Positions 40,693 to 52,800 of a DNA stretch of 64,000 nucleotides are shown one piece after another (the stretch's first letter is position 1; each line of letters begins with the position of its first letter). Both the position numbers and the translations under genes were made by a program. A model generated the notes under the pieces. That model was not told the origin of the DNA. It saw nothing but the letters and a program-made list of their open reading frames with translations, and searched no databases. Source of the DNA: Fimbriosthenelais zetlandica (Eukaryota); the NCBI GenBank assembly GCA_977030845.1, contig OZ365112.1, positions 19,964,001 to 20,028,000 of the forward strand, read 5' to 3'.

Positions 40693-40710
40693 CATCACCT
40701 GACAATTTAG
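40693..40710 (+). CDS. slo: Candidate 18-nt microexon x-SPDNL
   Basis: ctgac...atgctttcccag|catcacctgacaatttag|gtactt; phase 1-1. Confidence 0.5.
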   Translation, partial: HHLTI

Positions 40711-41196
40711 GTACTTACCTATTAATCATTGTCGTCGTCTTGTCCAGTAGGTAGGGCAATCGTTTGAAAGCCTCCATCGGCTCTTCAGCACTTTTAAAGT
40801 ACTCCTCGTTATTCGGAAAGACAACAGAGTTTGTAGAGAATGTAATGCCTCATCTTAGAGAGGAGGAGGTTGAAAGTATTGAGTGAGCCGGTGACTTGCC
40901 TATCTTGTCGTATTGTACAGTGTACCAATGCCCCTTGTATTGTCCACCTGTAATAAATGACATGTTCAAGTGTAATTCCCAAACATGACAAGAAAAGAAA
41001 AAGGAAGCAACAGACAAAACATTAGTAAACCTTGTTGAAGGCGAACCTGAGGAAAACCTCTTGGGAATTGGGACAGGGCACATTTGACATTAGAGAAAAC
41101 ACTCCCTACAATTTATGATTGGTCTTCCTTGCAGAGGAATATCTCTACTATTTGTAAGATATTGCTACATATATTCCCATACTTTTTCCCTTCAAG

Positions 41197-41223
41197 ATGA
41201 AGGCCTGACAGGTCTGCTGTCAA
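41197..41223 (+). CDS. slo: 27-nt microexon x-EGLTGLLS
   Basis: actttttcccttcaag| ... tcaa|gtaaga; phase 1-1; an internal alternative donor (acag|gtctgc) would give 15 nt, also in frame. Confidence 0.6.
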
Positions 41224-42380
41224 GTAAGAGTATGCAGTTTATTCTACTTCGATGTTTTGATTGCCCCCTTTTTATATCCGCAGCCATGAATGTGTTCATG
41301 ATGACCTTGTTCTTCGATCGCAGGACATAATAATTAATAGGCCATGCCCTGATCATTCTTATTAACAATGTTTAAGACATTTCGGGAGTTTTTCTCGGTG
41401 AATGAATGCCTCGTAAGTTGCTTTTAAGCGCCACAACCAAGCATGTTTTGGACTTCGTGCTGAAATCTATTATTCCATGAGATTGCGCCCCATTTCTTTT
41501 TCATTTTTTTCTTGACTTCATCTGAGATTTGATCTATATGAGATGGGAGCTACTGTGTGCATATGACCAGGCAGGTGTTACTCTGTACAAGTACTGCTGT
41601 AGGATTGTCATTACTGGGTGCTTTGGAGTGCCATCTTATTGCAGTCCCTTTAGGACCGTTGATGTGAAACATGTAGAATCTATCTTGTGATACGAGGTTG
41701 TTTAGCATATTTCGGGAAAAATACTTTGTTTACCTGCCCTATCTCCTGTTCAGAAAACTTTTTATCTCAAAAATATTTGCCTCAATGATGTCTTTTCCTT
41801 TTGACTGCAGAAGAAAGCATGCTTTCCATGCATCAACAGCTCTGATGAATGCTCCTTAGATATTATGAAGAGAAGCAGTTTATCTAATCCTAAAATATTG
41901 GTTTACACTCCAAAATGTTGAAGAACAGCATGAATGCTTTTGGACTGAAATTTCCAATGTTTGGCCTATATATCTAATGGGGATTTGCTTTATTATTAAT
42001 AAAATACGCTCTAAAGATATCTATTTAATTTTCATCAAATTACCTCAGGGCTGTTAATATATTTTACTTTACATGTATTCCTGGATTTTTCGATCATTTT
42101 TGCGTTCAATATTTTTCACGTATCACACCTGGCAATATACACATGTTTTTTTCCATGTATCCTCTTGGAAAAAGGCTTCAGAACTCGTATTATTCCCAGG
42201 CTAATTTGAACATTTCGATAAGTGGGGGACAGATAACTGCGTATCAATAAGTATTAGAAACCAGGAGTGAACACTAATGTCTTGAAACACCATGAAGTGA
42301 TAACCTTTAATTAACAACCTTTGACCTCTGAACTTTGACCCAATCTGACCTCGTCTGTGTGGTGTTTGTCTCTTCTCCAG

Positions 42381-42443
42381 CGCTTAACAAAAAGAGTGTG
42401 GGGACGTCCGAGTTGGCGGCCCAGGCCATCCCACAAGATCATG
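42381..42443 (+). CDS. slo: 63-nt linker exon x-LNKKSVGTSELAAQAIPQDH
   Basis: ctgacc branch point, tttgtctcttctccag| ... catg|gtacat; GC-rich island in AT-rich intron; phase 1-1. Confidence 0.8.
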
Positions 42444-44456
42444 GTACATAGCCCAATTGTCCTATCTGATACTCTATTGAAAATTATTGTGCTATCTGTT
42501 GTTAACTTATCCCTTCCCTTTAGTTTACAATTATTATGTTGTATTCCCTTATAACCAATATAAATATTCCTGATTTAATATGGACTGGAACACGATTAAT
42601 TTTATTTTCAAAATTTTAGTTACTTGAATTATTGGTAACCATTTACGAATCAGTTAAAAAATTACGAATCAGTTAACTTAGATCAGCCAGTTCATTTCTA
42701 AATTGTTGAATATTTATTTGGGTTTTGATTATGTCGAGTCCACTACCTGATTTGCACTCAAATGTTTGACTTCAAATATCTTATGGAGTGACTTTTCCCA
42801 TAAATAGATATTGCAAGTGTGCATATATTCATTGAGTGTTCTCCTGTGGCTTGATCACCTGTATTAAATCAGAATGATGACATTGGACTGGAGATATTTC
42901 CATTTGTTTCTACTTTGTTATAGGTTATGTTCAGTAGCTGTAGCCATTTTTTCACGCAGCGTCCTATTCATAAGCATTATTTATGGCTAAGAACAGGGAC
43001 AATAATCTGGTTATGAATGATTTAAAAAACGACAATTGGTTTCTCCTGGTCATTTCTATCGTTCTGAGAGTAATATGAATAAGATTAGTGTGCATGCAAC
43101 TCCAAACACTTTGTTGGATGTGAGATTTACTAGAAATTAAGCTAAGATGGAATCACTTGATGTACATGCACTTTGATGGATGTCTACATCAGTAGAGCTT
43201 TATAGGTGACAGTCATATGTTCTGTATTGTGTGTAAGTATGTGTATACCCATGTAGCAACAGATTTATATATCTTTATATGTGAGATTAAAATGCCAATC
43301 AATGTCATATTAATCTGTCTAGATAAATATTATAGTTAGCCCGAAGCAGGTCTGATGATCAACACTTTTAATACAAAATAAAGAAAAACTATTTAGATAG
43401 TATTGATACCATTAATGTGTACTAAAAATGTGACAAGATTGTTCATAATCTACCTATCTTCAAAATAAGATTTGATGTTGTTTTGACAGGTTGTCAGCAG
43501 TGTACTTATCTGTGAAGTCACATTATCTGTTAGGTCACACATTAGCCACTAATATAAATTACATATATTATGGGATAACTTAAGGTTAATGAAATGTTTA
43601 TTTACCTGCCATTCCAATCTGAACCCAAGATAAAACTGTAGTGTAGTGAATATCGTTCTTAAGGAGCATGATTAAGTGACGTCCTATTTGATGAACTGTA
43701 CACAAAAGTTGTACATAAATATGTTCCGAGGAGTATGAATATGATATTTTTTCAAACGTGAACTGTAAGCGTTTGTCCATTTTAACTTTGGTTCCGACAT
43801 TTTGTGATTCTTTTTTTTTGTATTTGATTCCAAGTGTTTTTGTAACATCTAAACTTTATTTTAAGCGAGGTCATGATGTAAAAGCATTTACCCAGGTCTC
43901 ATGACATTTAATAGGATGCAACCTCTGTTGTGCATATATCATCTGATGTTTTTGGTTGATTTTTGGTTTGATAATTCCACAGTTGATGATGTTAAAGAAT
44001 CCACACACAAATTTCAAGGTATTTGCAGGTTAAGCCATTAATGTTTTTGGATAATTTTGGCCTCTGCCTATTGTTCCAACTGATGGCTCATGAATTTCTT
44101 CCATGCCAGTGGAGAGAATGTTTTATTTTTCTCCTGCCTAGACAGCTTTCATCTTACAAAAAGTTGTATTCCGTGGTTTTTGAGGTTTTTCTGCACTCCT
44201 TTATTATTGTATCGGAGGCTATGGTTTAAATATGACTTTCCTTTTTTTGTTTATGAATTTTGAAGTATTAATATAGGCTATTTAATTTAGAGTTCTCGGT
44301 TATTATAGTGAAATATTTTTCTATTATTATATACTATATATTTTAAATGTAAGTAATTGTGTATTTACTATTGGAAGTTCTATGGAGATCATTGGTAATT
44401 TGTTTCTTTATGATGATAATTGTGAGGATTGGTCTGATCATCTTCTCCCATTTCAG

Positions 44457-44550
44457 TGAACATGCCAATACCCAAGATACCCAAGGAAAAGATAACGCCG
44501 CCCACCAGTCCCAGAAGATCAGGAGGTAGAATTGGCTCATCTGTTTCAAG
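44457..44550 (+). CDS. slo: 94-nt phase-switching linker exon x-NMPIPKIPKEKITPPTSPRRSGGRIGSSVS(R)
   Basis: tcttctcccatttcag| ... caag|gttagg; phase 1 to 2, which is required to join exon 14 in frame to the acceptor at 47945. Confidence 0.85.
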
Positions 44551-44950
44551 GTTAGGACCTTTATATATTTACCTGTATGTTGTCATAATACACAAAACAT
44601 AGAGCTATGTCCAAAATTATTCTAGATTTTCATGAGTGAATAAGGCTTGCAAACACATGAAAGGTGTACGTACTGTGACATGAGTGAGTAAGGTGTGGTA
44701 AGAGTGATCTTCTCAGTGAGTGAAAGTCTATCCAGCTCATACATAATGTTTTCTTCCATCTACTGCATTCTCTTGACTATAATAAATGGTGTATACCAGT
44801 GGTTAGATAACTTAGTTGAGGTGTCACTTGCACTTCTCACATGTGTATGTTACAAACATGTTAACACATTTAACCTGACAAAGTACTTATAACATTTTTA
44901 CTTCTGTCTAACCACTGATATCCACTGTAATGTATTTTTCCTTATTTCAG

Positions 44951-44989
44951 TCTGGGTAAAATTACATTGGCCTTTGCGCTAGGCCCAGG
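44951..44989 (+). CDS. slo: Candidate 39-nt cassette exon x-LGKITLAFALGP(G)
   Basis: tatttttccttatttcag| ... cagg|gtaatt; phase 2-2, open. Confidence 0.5.
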
Positions 44990-46427
44990 GTAATTAGACA
45001 CACAAATATATATACCTTTGTTGGTGGCATCCCGGTACACCTTCCTTGACCTCGAGGTCATGGACCTCTTGCTCTTGCCACCTGTAATAGCTTTTTGACT
45101 TGGGAATGTCCGACTTGAGTATGGTATGACGAGGGATGTCCAAAACTCATGAATGGCTCGGTGTTTGATCATGACAAGTATAACAACACTATCTTATCAT
45201 TTTAGCCGAAAAAACAAAAGACAAAACAAATTCAAACACTACCTTCATTGCTTTTCTCTGCATGCCTCTCCACATGCTATTGGTATTTAGATGTCATATG
45301 TACTAGTTGCAGGATGCAGGATAGCTTTTATTGAGAAATTCTGATTTTCATGGACGATATATTTTAGTCCTTTTCGCGATAGGTTTTCATTATTTTGGAA
45401 TCGTAGTTTCAAAAATTTTCATAGAATACAAATTTTCTCACCATACCTGGTGAGTTTTGCATTATTTTCTGAATCATCGATGCCATTGGTCGCCCCTCGA
45501 GTAGTGCCTTTTTAAATATAGATTTACATTAGGTGACTTTGAAACATTTTTCGCGAGGCCTGGTATTGCTGAAGACGTGTTTATTTGCTGTACTTTCTGT
45601 TTTTCTGTTTTCTTTCTTTTTCATTGCTTCCAGAGGTCATATTCATTCAAGTTCTCAATATAAATGCATCTTTAGAATCCCAGAATTTGGCAACTAAACT
45701 TGTATTCCTTGGTAGTGATTTCTGCATGAATAATAACCTGTTAATTCTCACCCGGACCCTCCAGTTTTTGAGGAAAGCTTAGGCTTTAATGATAGTCTGT
45801 GCAATGACAATCGCTTCCTAGCAAATCAAGCATTGTGTAGTAACAATGATGATTTTGCCATCTAAAGGTCCCGTGCATTTTGCAGAAATCCCCCCAAACA
45901 ATATTTCACATCTTTATTTTAAGACCCACATAAAATATTTCTGTGTTTATAAATACATCTTCATACATGTATTATATAAATATGTTACTCTTTCCTTTGG
46001 TTTTTGTTTACAACCTATAGTTGGCCATTTATGCTTCAGTAACTTTCTCCCTTTCATATGTATCACGTTCTTACTTTTATGTTGCGATTTAGTCCACTAA
46101 GTATCTGTTTAGCTTCATAAACAAAAATAAATCATCAGTGTATCTATCGTGTAAACCCATAGACTATATTTCAGACAAAACATGCACAACTTAAACAGCT
46201 TCTTTCCATTGCACACGAATAACATGAAAAGTTAAATTGGAAAAACTTTTTCCTGTACTAGGCTTTCTTTGGCATTTGTAATACAATAGGTACTAATTTG
46301 GTTGGTATTTTTTCTATCCTCAGTCATTTAGGCTGTTTCACATGTAATGAATAACTACCTTCACACTTTTCTCTCGTTTTTTTTGTGTTCCATTCTTATG
46401 TGCGAATGATCACTGTTTGCCTTTCAG

Positions 46428-46490
46428 TTCCTTGAATTTAAAGGACATCTCCAAAGCCAGAGCTGACCCACCAAAGCAACTCGAGAAAAA
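46428..46490 (+). CDS. slo: 63-nt cassette exon x-SLNLKDISKARADPPKQLEK(K)
   Basis: gtttgcctttcag| ... aaaa|gtatgc; phase 2-2, open, purine-rich. Confidence 0.7.
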
Positions 46491-47696
46491 GTATGCTAGT
46501 ATTCTCAAGTTTTAAAGTCCTCTCTACTACTCTCTGTGACTTCTCTCTCACTGTCTCTTCCATGGCCCTGCTCAGTCTCTGTCCTTTAGAAACAGACCAT
46601 GTGGAGGTGGACCATGTAGATGTGCTATTTGCCCAATTCTTTACGCTCACCCCTGTGCTTAGAACATATAATCAATGACAAATCTGTTGCAGATTTTGTA
46701 CTCTTCAGTGACTGATGTTCACTGTTTCTAATCTTGTACTGAAACCGATAAAATTATATTCTACCCATTACTTTCCACTTCATTTATAATAGTTCCCATT
46801 CATTCAGAAAATCAGTTTTTCTCAAGGTTGATGAATATCTTTCCATGTTCCATCCTATTCATATGAGACGTATTTGGTAACATGTAGTGTGTGGTATGGG
46901 GCCTTGTATGGTATGCCATGACTAGTACCGACCACTATTTCTCTACTATGTGGCCATTGACTGTCTGATGTCGGCTTTGATACACCTGACTGCTGGCTCA
47001 CCCAGTAGGATCGCTGTCTGCCATCATTTTAACTATCCATGTTCTCCTTTGCTCGCGATTACTGTTCAAAACAAGTAAATGCTGTGGAAGCTTGATTTGC
47101 TTGCGTAGGTGGCTTTGACGAGTTTAAATCTATAATATTGGCTTGGAAAAATTAATAACAATCCGGAAGATCGTAGTCTAGATGGTCCACTAGAGCATGA
47201 TAGGCCTAATATTTTGCAGAATTAACCATTGTCTTCTCAACCCACCATTTACTAAGACAACTTAAGATAAAACTTAAGATATGCACAAACCTTAGGATGC
47301 TCTCTGATTGTAAAAATGGGAAAATGCTTAACAAGCCTAGATATCCTGAAATATTTCAGGCTAGTTCCAAGAGTCACACAACATTGTACCCCATACACAT
47401 TGAAATGACTTCATTTCTCTTCATTGTGCACTCCCCAAAACTACCCAACCATATGTCCACCTACCTAAGCTGCTACTAGTGCTAGAGGAAAGGATGTAGG
47501 GAGACTGATGTGTCGTCACCCTCTGTTGAGAAGCATACTTATACATTCCTTTCAACTAAGAAAATGGAATCATTCTTTTTGTAACCATGAATAACTTCAT
47601 GGCCTGGATCCACTGTTTTCATTGTATAATGCAAAGATCGCGATTTAAATTTAGATCAATGAATACATGATTTCTTCATTCAGCTTTAGCCTTCAG

Positions 47697-47882
47697 TATC
47701 CAAAAATATAGTGGATCCGAGCCATTTTGTTGCTGCTATTATCTAGGGAATGCAGAAGCAGCCAGCCCTGATGACCGAATGCTCTCCTCCTTTGACTACG
47801 CCTCCTCAACCATCCCAAAGCATGGCCGTGTTGAGACTAACACGCATCATGACCACCCAAGGCATGACCACTTCTTCACCAA
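47697..47882 (+). CDS. slo: Candidate 186-nt Cys/His-rich cassette exon (5' boundary uncertain: 47684, 47690, 47697, 47747 or 47756)
   Basis: Open frame from 47671 to donor caa|gtgaat (a stop follows if unspliced); peptide [63 protein letters not shown]; 62-nt intron to 47945. Confidence 0.6.
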
Positions 47883-47944
47883 GTGAATGACAATCACATA
47901 AAGCTATGTTTATTCACAGGATGCTGTTTGCCTTGTTCTTGCAG

Positions 47945-48089
47945 ACCGTCCAGTCCCACAGGAGGACCAGAGATGGCGGGAGAAGAAGGTAGTGGAGACC
48001 CACTCGACCCGACCAATGACCCGCGCAAGATGGACTCCACGGGCATGTTCCATTGGTGTCCCGAACAACCGCTATCTACATGTTTGGTG
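47945..48089 (+). CDS. slo: Slo1 constitutive exon: linker end, RCK2 entry
   Basis: ccttgttcttgcag|[48 protein letters not shown]|gtaagt; 145 nt, phase 2 to 0. Confidence 0.93.
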
Positions 48090-51000
48090 GTAAGTTCTCA
48101 AAATTATTCTCTCCTGTAAATATTATTGAATTGGTAGAAGAATGAGAAAGTCTGAAATATTGAACGGATCTTCACTGATGAAATGCAACTTCTTTTAAAT
48201 AGCTGCTTTTAATTCTTTAAGAGCTTTCATATTTCACTACATTTTTCTGTATTACCTATCATACATGGAACAATAATCTGAAATTCTAGCCTGTAGAGCC
48301 TGCTAAATCAGAGCACAAGAGCATATATGTCTACTCTGGAAGAATGCCACAATTTAAATACTCCTTGATTAATGACAATCACTGTGGACATCAGTCCAAA
48401 AACAATCTTTGCACTCATCATCTTCTTTCAAACTATCTGACCCTATCCATAAATACCCCCGCTAGAATGATCTAATCTTCAAGATGTTTTTTCTTCAAAA
48501 ATACATTTGGCACACCACAAACATTCCCAGTAAAATTATGTACCGTAGGCAAAGGAATAGAGTTGCTTACTCTCAAAACAATTAGGCCTAGTTAGGCATT
48601 AGTGAACTGCATATGAATTTACCTGTAGGAATTTAGAATATGAGACATTGAGTATTGAGGTGTCTGATCCAGACAGTATTGTGTGTTGTTATTTAAAGCC
48701 TGGTAGGGGCGAGGGGACCCTGCATCCAAAGGTCAGTATTCACAGATAAAAATGGAATGCTCTCCCCAAGACAAAGAAACATCAGGGCATGATGGTTCAC
48801 CATTAAATAACCCTAGATTTGGTAGAGTCATGCTGCCAAGTGGGATGCTAATAAAGTAAAGTTTTATTCCAAATTACTAAGAATTTTAACCAAAATACAA
48901 CCATATTTTGCCACAATGATAACCTCCTATCCCTGTATGGAATTGCATGAGATACGGTTCATACTGCTGGTAAAATTGAACCTTTGCATGAATAGATTCA
49001 TCCTTCATCATTTCTTTTCTGCCTAAATATCCAATTATTTTATATACAGATCCGACTTATTCATCCAAACAAGTGAACTAATAATATACCACTGTGTTAG
49101 GCTCATATCTAAATAGTCCAAACTTGACTGCATGACTGCCATTGCATCAGGTACCAATTCTTGCCCAATGTTCTACTTTTCCTCCGAGTTTTTTTCTTGA
49201 TTGTGAAATATATATTATCCTGTGATTTGTGAGCGTTTAATGCAGCAGAACACCCGCAACAGCAATGGCCGCCGCAGCAGCAGCAGTACTTTATTATAAC
49301 CACACCATGTATTCACAGCTGGTGGATCTATTTTGCGTATATATGGATAGAACTTCACGTGGGTTGAGGACGTCAAGAACATTCAATGACTCCATTAACC
49401 ACACGTGGCCTCAGGTGCAGAGATCATTTTACACCTATTGCCTTTAATGAGAGTCATTAAATCTCCTCATGACATTCATGTCCCCCATCAAGTTCTATCT
49501 TTATACTGCGACTGTAAATCTATTATTTTAATTAGCGCAAAATTAAATTCACTGCCAATGTCAATGTAATAAATACAATTTACCTAATGATTGTATTTTA
49601 AGCCGAGATTTTACAAAACACTTAAGTCGCAGTATAAACATTTATTGTTACTAAATTTCTTTTCTAGGCATGGATATTTATATTAGATTTTTATTGCTCC
49701 TGTAGGTCGTTTAGACAGATATGGTGTACGTGATTCCAGATATATGGTTCATAGACACATTGGGATTTCTACATTAGGCCTTTATTTGGTGGCTGTTTTA
49801 ATTGTTTGCTAGAAAGAAGATATATAAATATGACAATCAGATATAGCTAAAGCAAGATCATTCAGCAGTTGATTCTACTGGCAGGAGATCCTATTATTCA
49901 CTTATCACATCATACTTGTCATGGTGAGAAACGGTGGATCATTGCTTTGAGGCTAATAAGCTAGCGCATAAACAGGCAGCACACACGTCTGAGCCTACTA
50001 TCAGGAGAGGTTTCTGTTTTTAACCGTTTATTACAAGTATGCTTGAACTCTACCAGAAGACCCCTGTCGGGTATCACAGAAACTACACTTAACCTCTAAA
50101 GCGGATTCAACTTCCTCTGAATCTCCACTTGAATGGGTTATGACATTTGTTGTGCATATATGTACAAAAAAGTAAAAATAATTTCGCTGAAACGTACATG
50201 ATAATTACACTACTAAGAAAACACCCTACCTAAAACTGATCTGTTATCGATTTTGTCTCCTGTAGTATATCATGATTGCTAATTAAGATAGGTGGGTTTA
50301 ATATGCCATGTATTTAGCTGTACACAGGATCCTTGTTTCACTTGTCATTTTCACAAAGTCATTTCATAAAACTCAATTCTACATACGCAAAGTGTATCAT
50401 AAATTTGAACTTATCTAAAAGACAAAAAGAGAACAGTTGTGCCATATCAGATAACTATATAATTCGTGCCACACGTGTAAAAATGTTAACGTCTAGGGTT
50501 TACCTTCTTCATTGTTCTTCACCTTTCATGCTAATGTCTGTAGCGCCTGCTAGTTTCTGTCAGATATGTTTTCTTTCTTTTTTTTCTTACCCGCTGCTAA
50601 TATTTTAAAACAATGTCGCTTTCACCTTGCTTCTTGATCGTTAGTGTTAACTTCATTTTTCACTAACACTTCAGTGGTTTGATCCCTTTCTCTAAATATC
50701 CTTCTTAACAATTTACCTTGAGTAATTTTCTCATCATATGTCCATGTATACGTTGAATCTTTTCTCTTTGCGGTTTTATGTGATATTCCCTCTGTGTGTA
50801 TGATACTGAACCATTAGTATTACATAATTAAATTAATCCATAAGAGACATTTTTATTGGATAAATTTGACTAGACCGCTGTGTGCATTGATCCTGTCTTT
50901 CAGCCCACATTTTGGTGAGGCTTTTTACAACTTCTCTGGATTTTTGTTTGCTTTCATAGATTTGCATAATATTCAATTGTACAATATGCAAATTACGAAT

Positions 51001-51489
51001 AACATTCTAATGAATGTTATAACTATATAATATAAACAAACTTCTACCTGCATTTCTGGCTCCACATGAGTCTTACCAGTAGCTTCATGGGTGCTTCTAT
51101 AATCCCTTTCATTACTCTTTACCACCTTGCCATATGAAGGCCAATTCTGCTATTTCTTCTGCGGTTTTAACTAAAATAACGGATGCTAGGTTGAAAAAGT
51201 CTTTTTTTTCTTCAAAGCAAATACCCCATTGGCAATACAGGAGACAAATCGAAGCCAATACAAATTTGATATTGATATTGATTTCTATCCCTTTTCGCTA
51301 TGTCACATTGGTGAAAATGTGTGTTTGTACATAATGTAAGAGTTTCCTATTGTTATAGGATACTCCCTATTCTATTATCATACAAATGTATTTCACCAAT
51401 GTGGCATAAAAAGTCATGCCTTAATAACAGCTTTTATAATTTATTTCTGTTTCAAATCTGATATATTTTGATTTTATTTTCTTGTTAAG

Positions 51490-51714
51490 GACCGGGAACA
51501 AGCAGCGATGACAGTGTTCAGTAACCACGTTGTGGTATGTCTATTTGCTGATGCTGGCTCGCCTCTCATCGGACTAAGAAATCTTGTCATGCCTCTACGT
51601 GCCAGCAACTTCCATTACAACGAACTCAAACATGTTGTAATTGTCTGTGACAAGGAGTATGTCAAGAAGGAGTGGAAGAATCTCTGCAACTTTCCCAAAA
51701 TTACTATTTTGGAC
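51490..51714 (+). CDS. slo: Slo1 RCK2 exon
   Basis: tcttgttaag|[48 protein letters not shown]...FPKITILD|gtaagt; 225 nt. Confidence 0.97.
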
Positions 51715-51839
51715 GTAAGTCTTGGATCAGTCTTAAAAAGCATATTTCTATATATTCAAACGGGGAATAGTGATCGGAATCTTTAGTGTGAAAATTGTTA
51801 AAATGGAAAAGGTGACTAATGTTTAAAAATAATTTTCAG

Positions 51840-52044
51840 GGTTCGCCTTTAAATCGCGCCAACCTGCGTGCGGTGAACATCAATCTCTGTGATATGTGTG
51901 TTATCCTGTCAGCCAGGAAAACTAACGTGGATGATGGTAACCTGGTAGACAAGGAAGCCATCCTCTGCTCGCTCAACATAAAGGCCATGAACTTTGATGA
52001 CAGTACAGGTCTATTACAGGACTCGGCCCAACAAGGCAATACAG
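51840..52044 (+). CDS. slo: Slo1 RCK2 exon
   Basis: ttttcag|[25 protein letters not shown]...[32 protein letters not shown]+g|gtatta; 205 nt. Confidence 0.95.
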
Positions 52045-52181
52045 GTATTACATCCATGACACATAATCATATCAGTGACTTTCTACTGCAGTATTCAGCC
52101 ATTATGGGAACGAATGGATGGTTGGTTTCACATCCAATTTGTTTAAACCTATCTTTTACCTGTGTATCTATCCTTTTCTAG

Positions 52182-52280
52182 GTTTCCTTCCACCTGGCTT
52201 TTCTCCGATGGGAGCCCAACAAAATAAAACGCCTGTTGGTCATACGAGTGGTAACAGTATACCCATGATTACCGAATTAG
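52182..52280 (+). CDS. slo: Slo1 RCK2 exon (pre-calcium-bowl)
   Basis: ttttctag|FLPPGFSPMGAQQNKTPVGHTSGNSIPMITEL+g|gttggt; 99 nt. Confidence 0.95.
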
Positions 52281-52377
52281 GTTGGTACACATTATCAAGT
52301 TTATGTAATGATTCCTCCGTCTTTCGTGACCATTCTGAATGAATGCCCGCTATCATATACTCTCCTTGTTTCTGTAG

Positions 52378-52508
52378 GTAATGACGCTAATGTACAGTTC
52401 TTGGATCAGGATGATGATGATGATCCAGACACAGAGCTCTATATGACACAGCCGTTTGCTTGCGGTACAGCTTTTGCTGTTAGTGTACTAGATTCACTCA
52501 TGAGCACG
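52378..52508 (+). CDS. slo: Slo1 calcium-bowl exon
   Basis: ttctgtag|[43 protein letters not shown]|gtgagt; 131 nt. Confidence 0.98.
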
Positions 52509-52605
52509 GTGAGTTACAGCTAAATCATACTGACCTCCTCATGATTTTATTCTGTTAGAACACTGGACAGATCAGACCACAATATAATTGATTTTTCTCC
52601 TCCAG

Positions 52606-52800
52606 ACTTACTTCAATGACAATGCCTTGACGTTGATCAGAACATTAATTACTGGGGGAGCCACGCCGGAGCTGGAGCAGATCCTGGCTGAGGGGGTTGG
52701 TATGCGGGGAGGCTACAGCACACCCGAGACGCTCGCCAACAGGGATCGCTGTCGAGTGGCTCAAATCTCACTCTACGAGGGTCCATTCGCTCAATTTGGG
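52606..52800 (+). CDS. slo: Slo1 RCK2 exon
   Basis: cctccag|[30 protein letters not shown]...[20 protein letters not shown]|gtaagt; 195 nt. Confidence 0.97.

Noticed and set aside
41811-41920. Strong acceptor with STREX-like KKACFPCINSSDECS frame
   Set aside because: That frame needs a phase-0 upstream exon, and none is supported; the phase-1 frame hits TGA.
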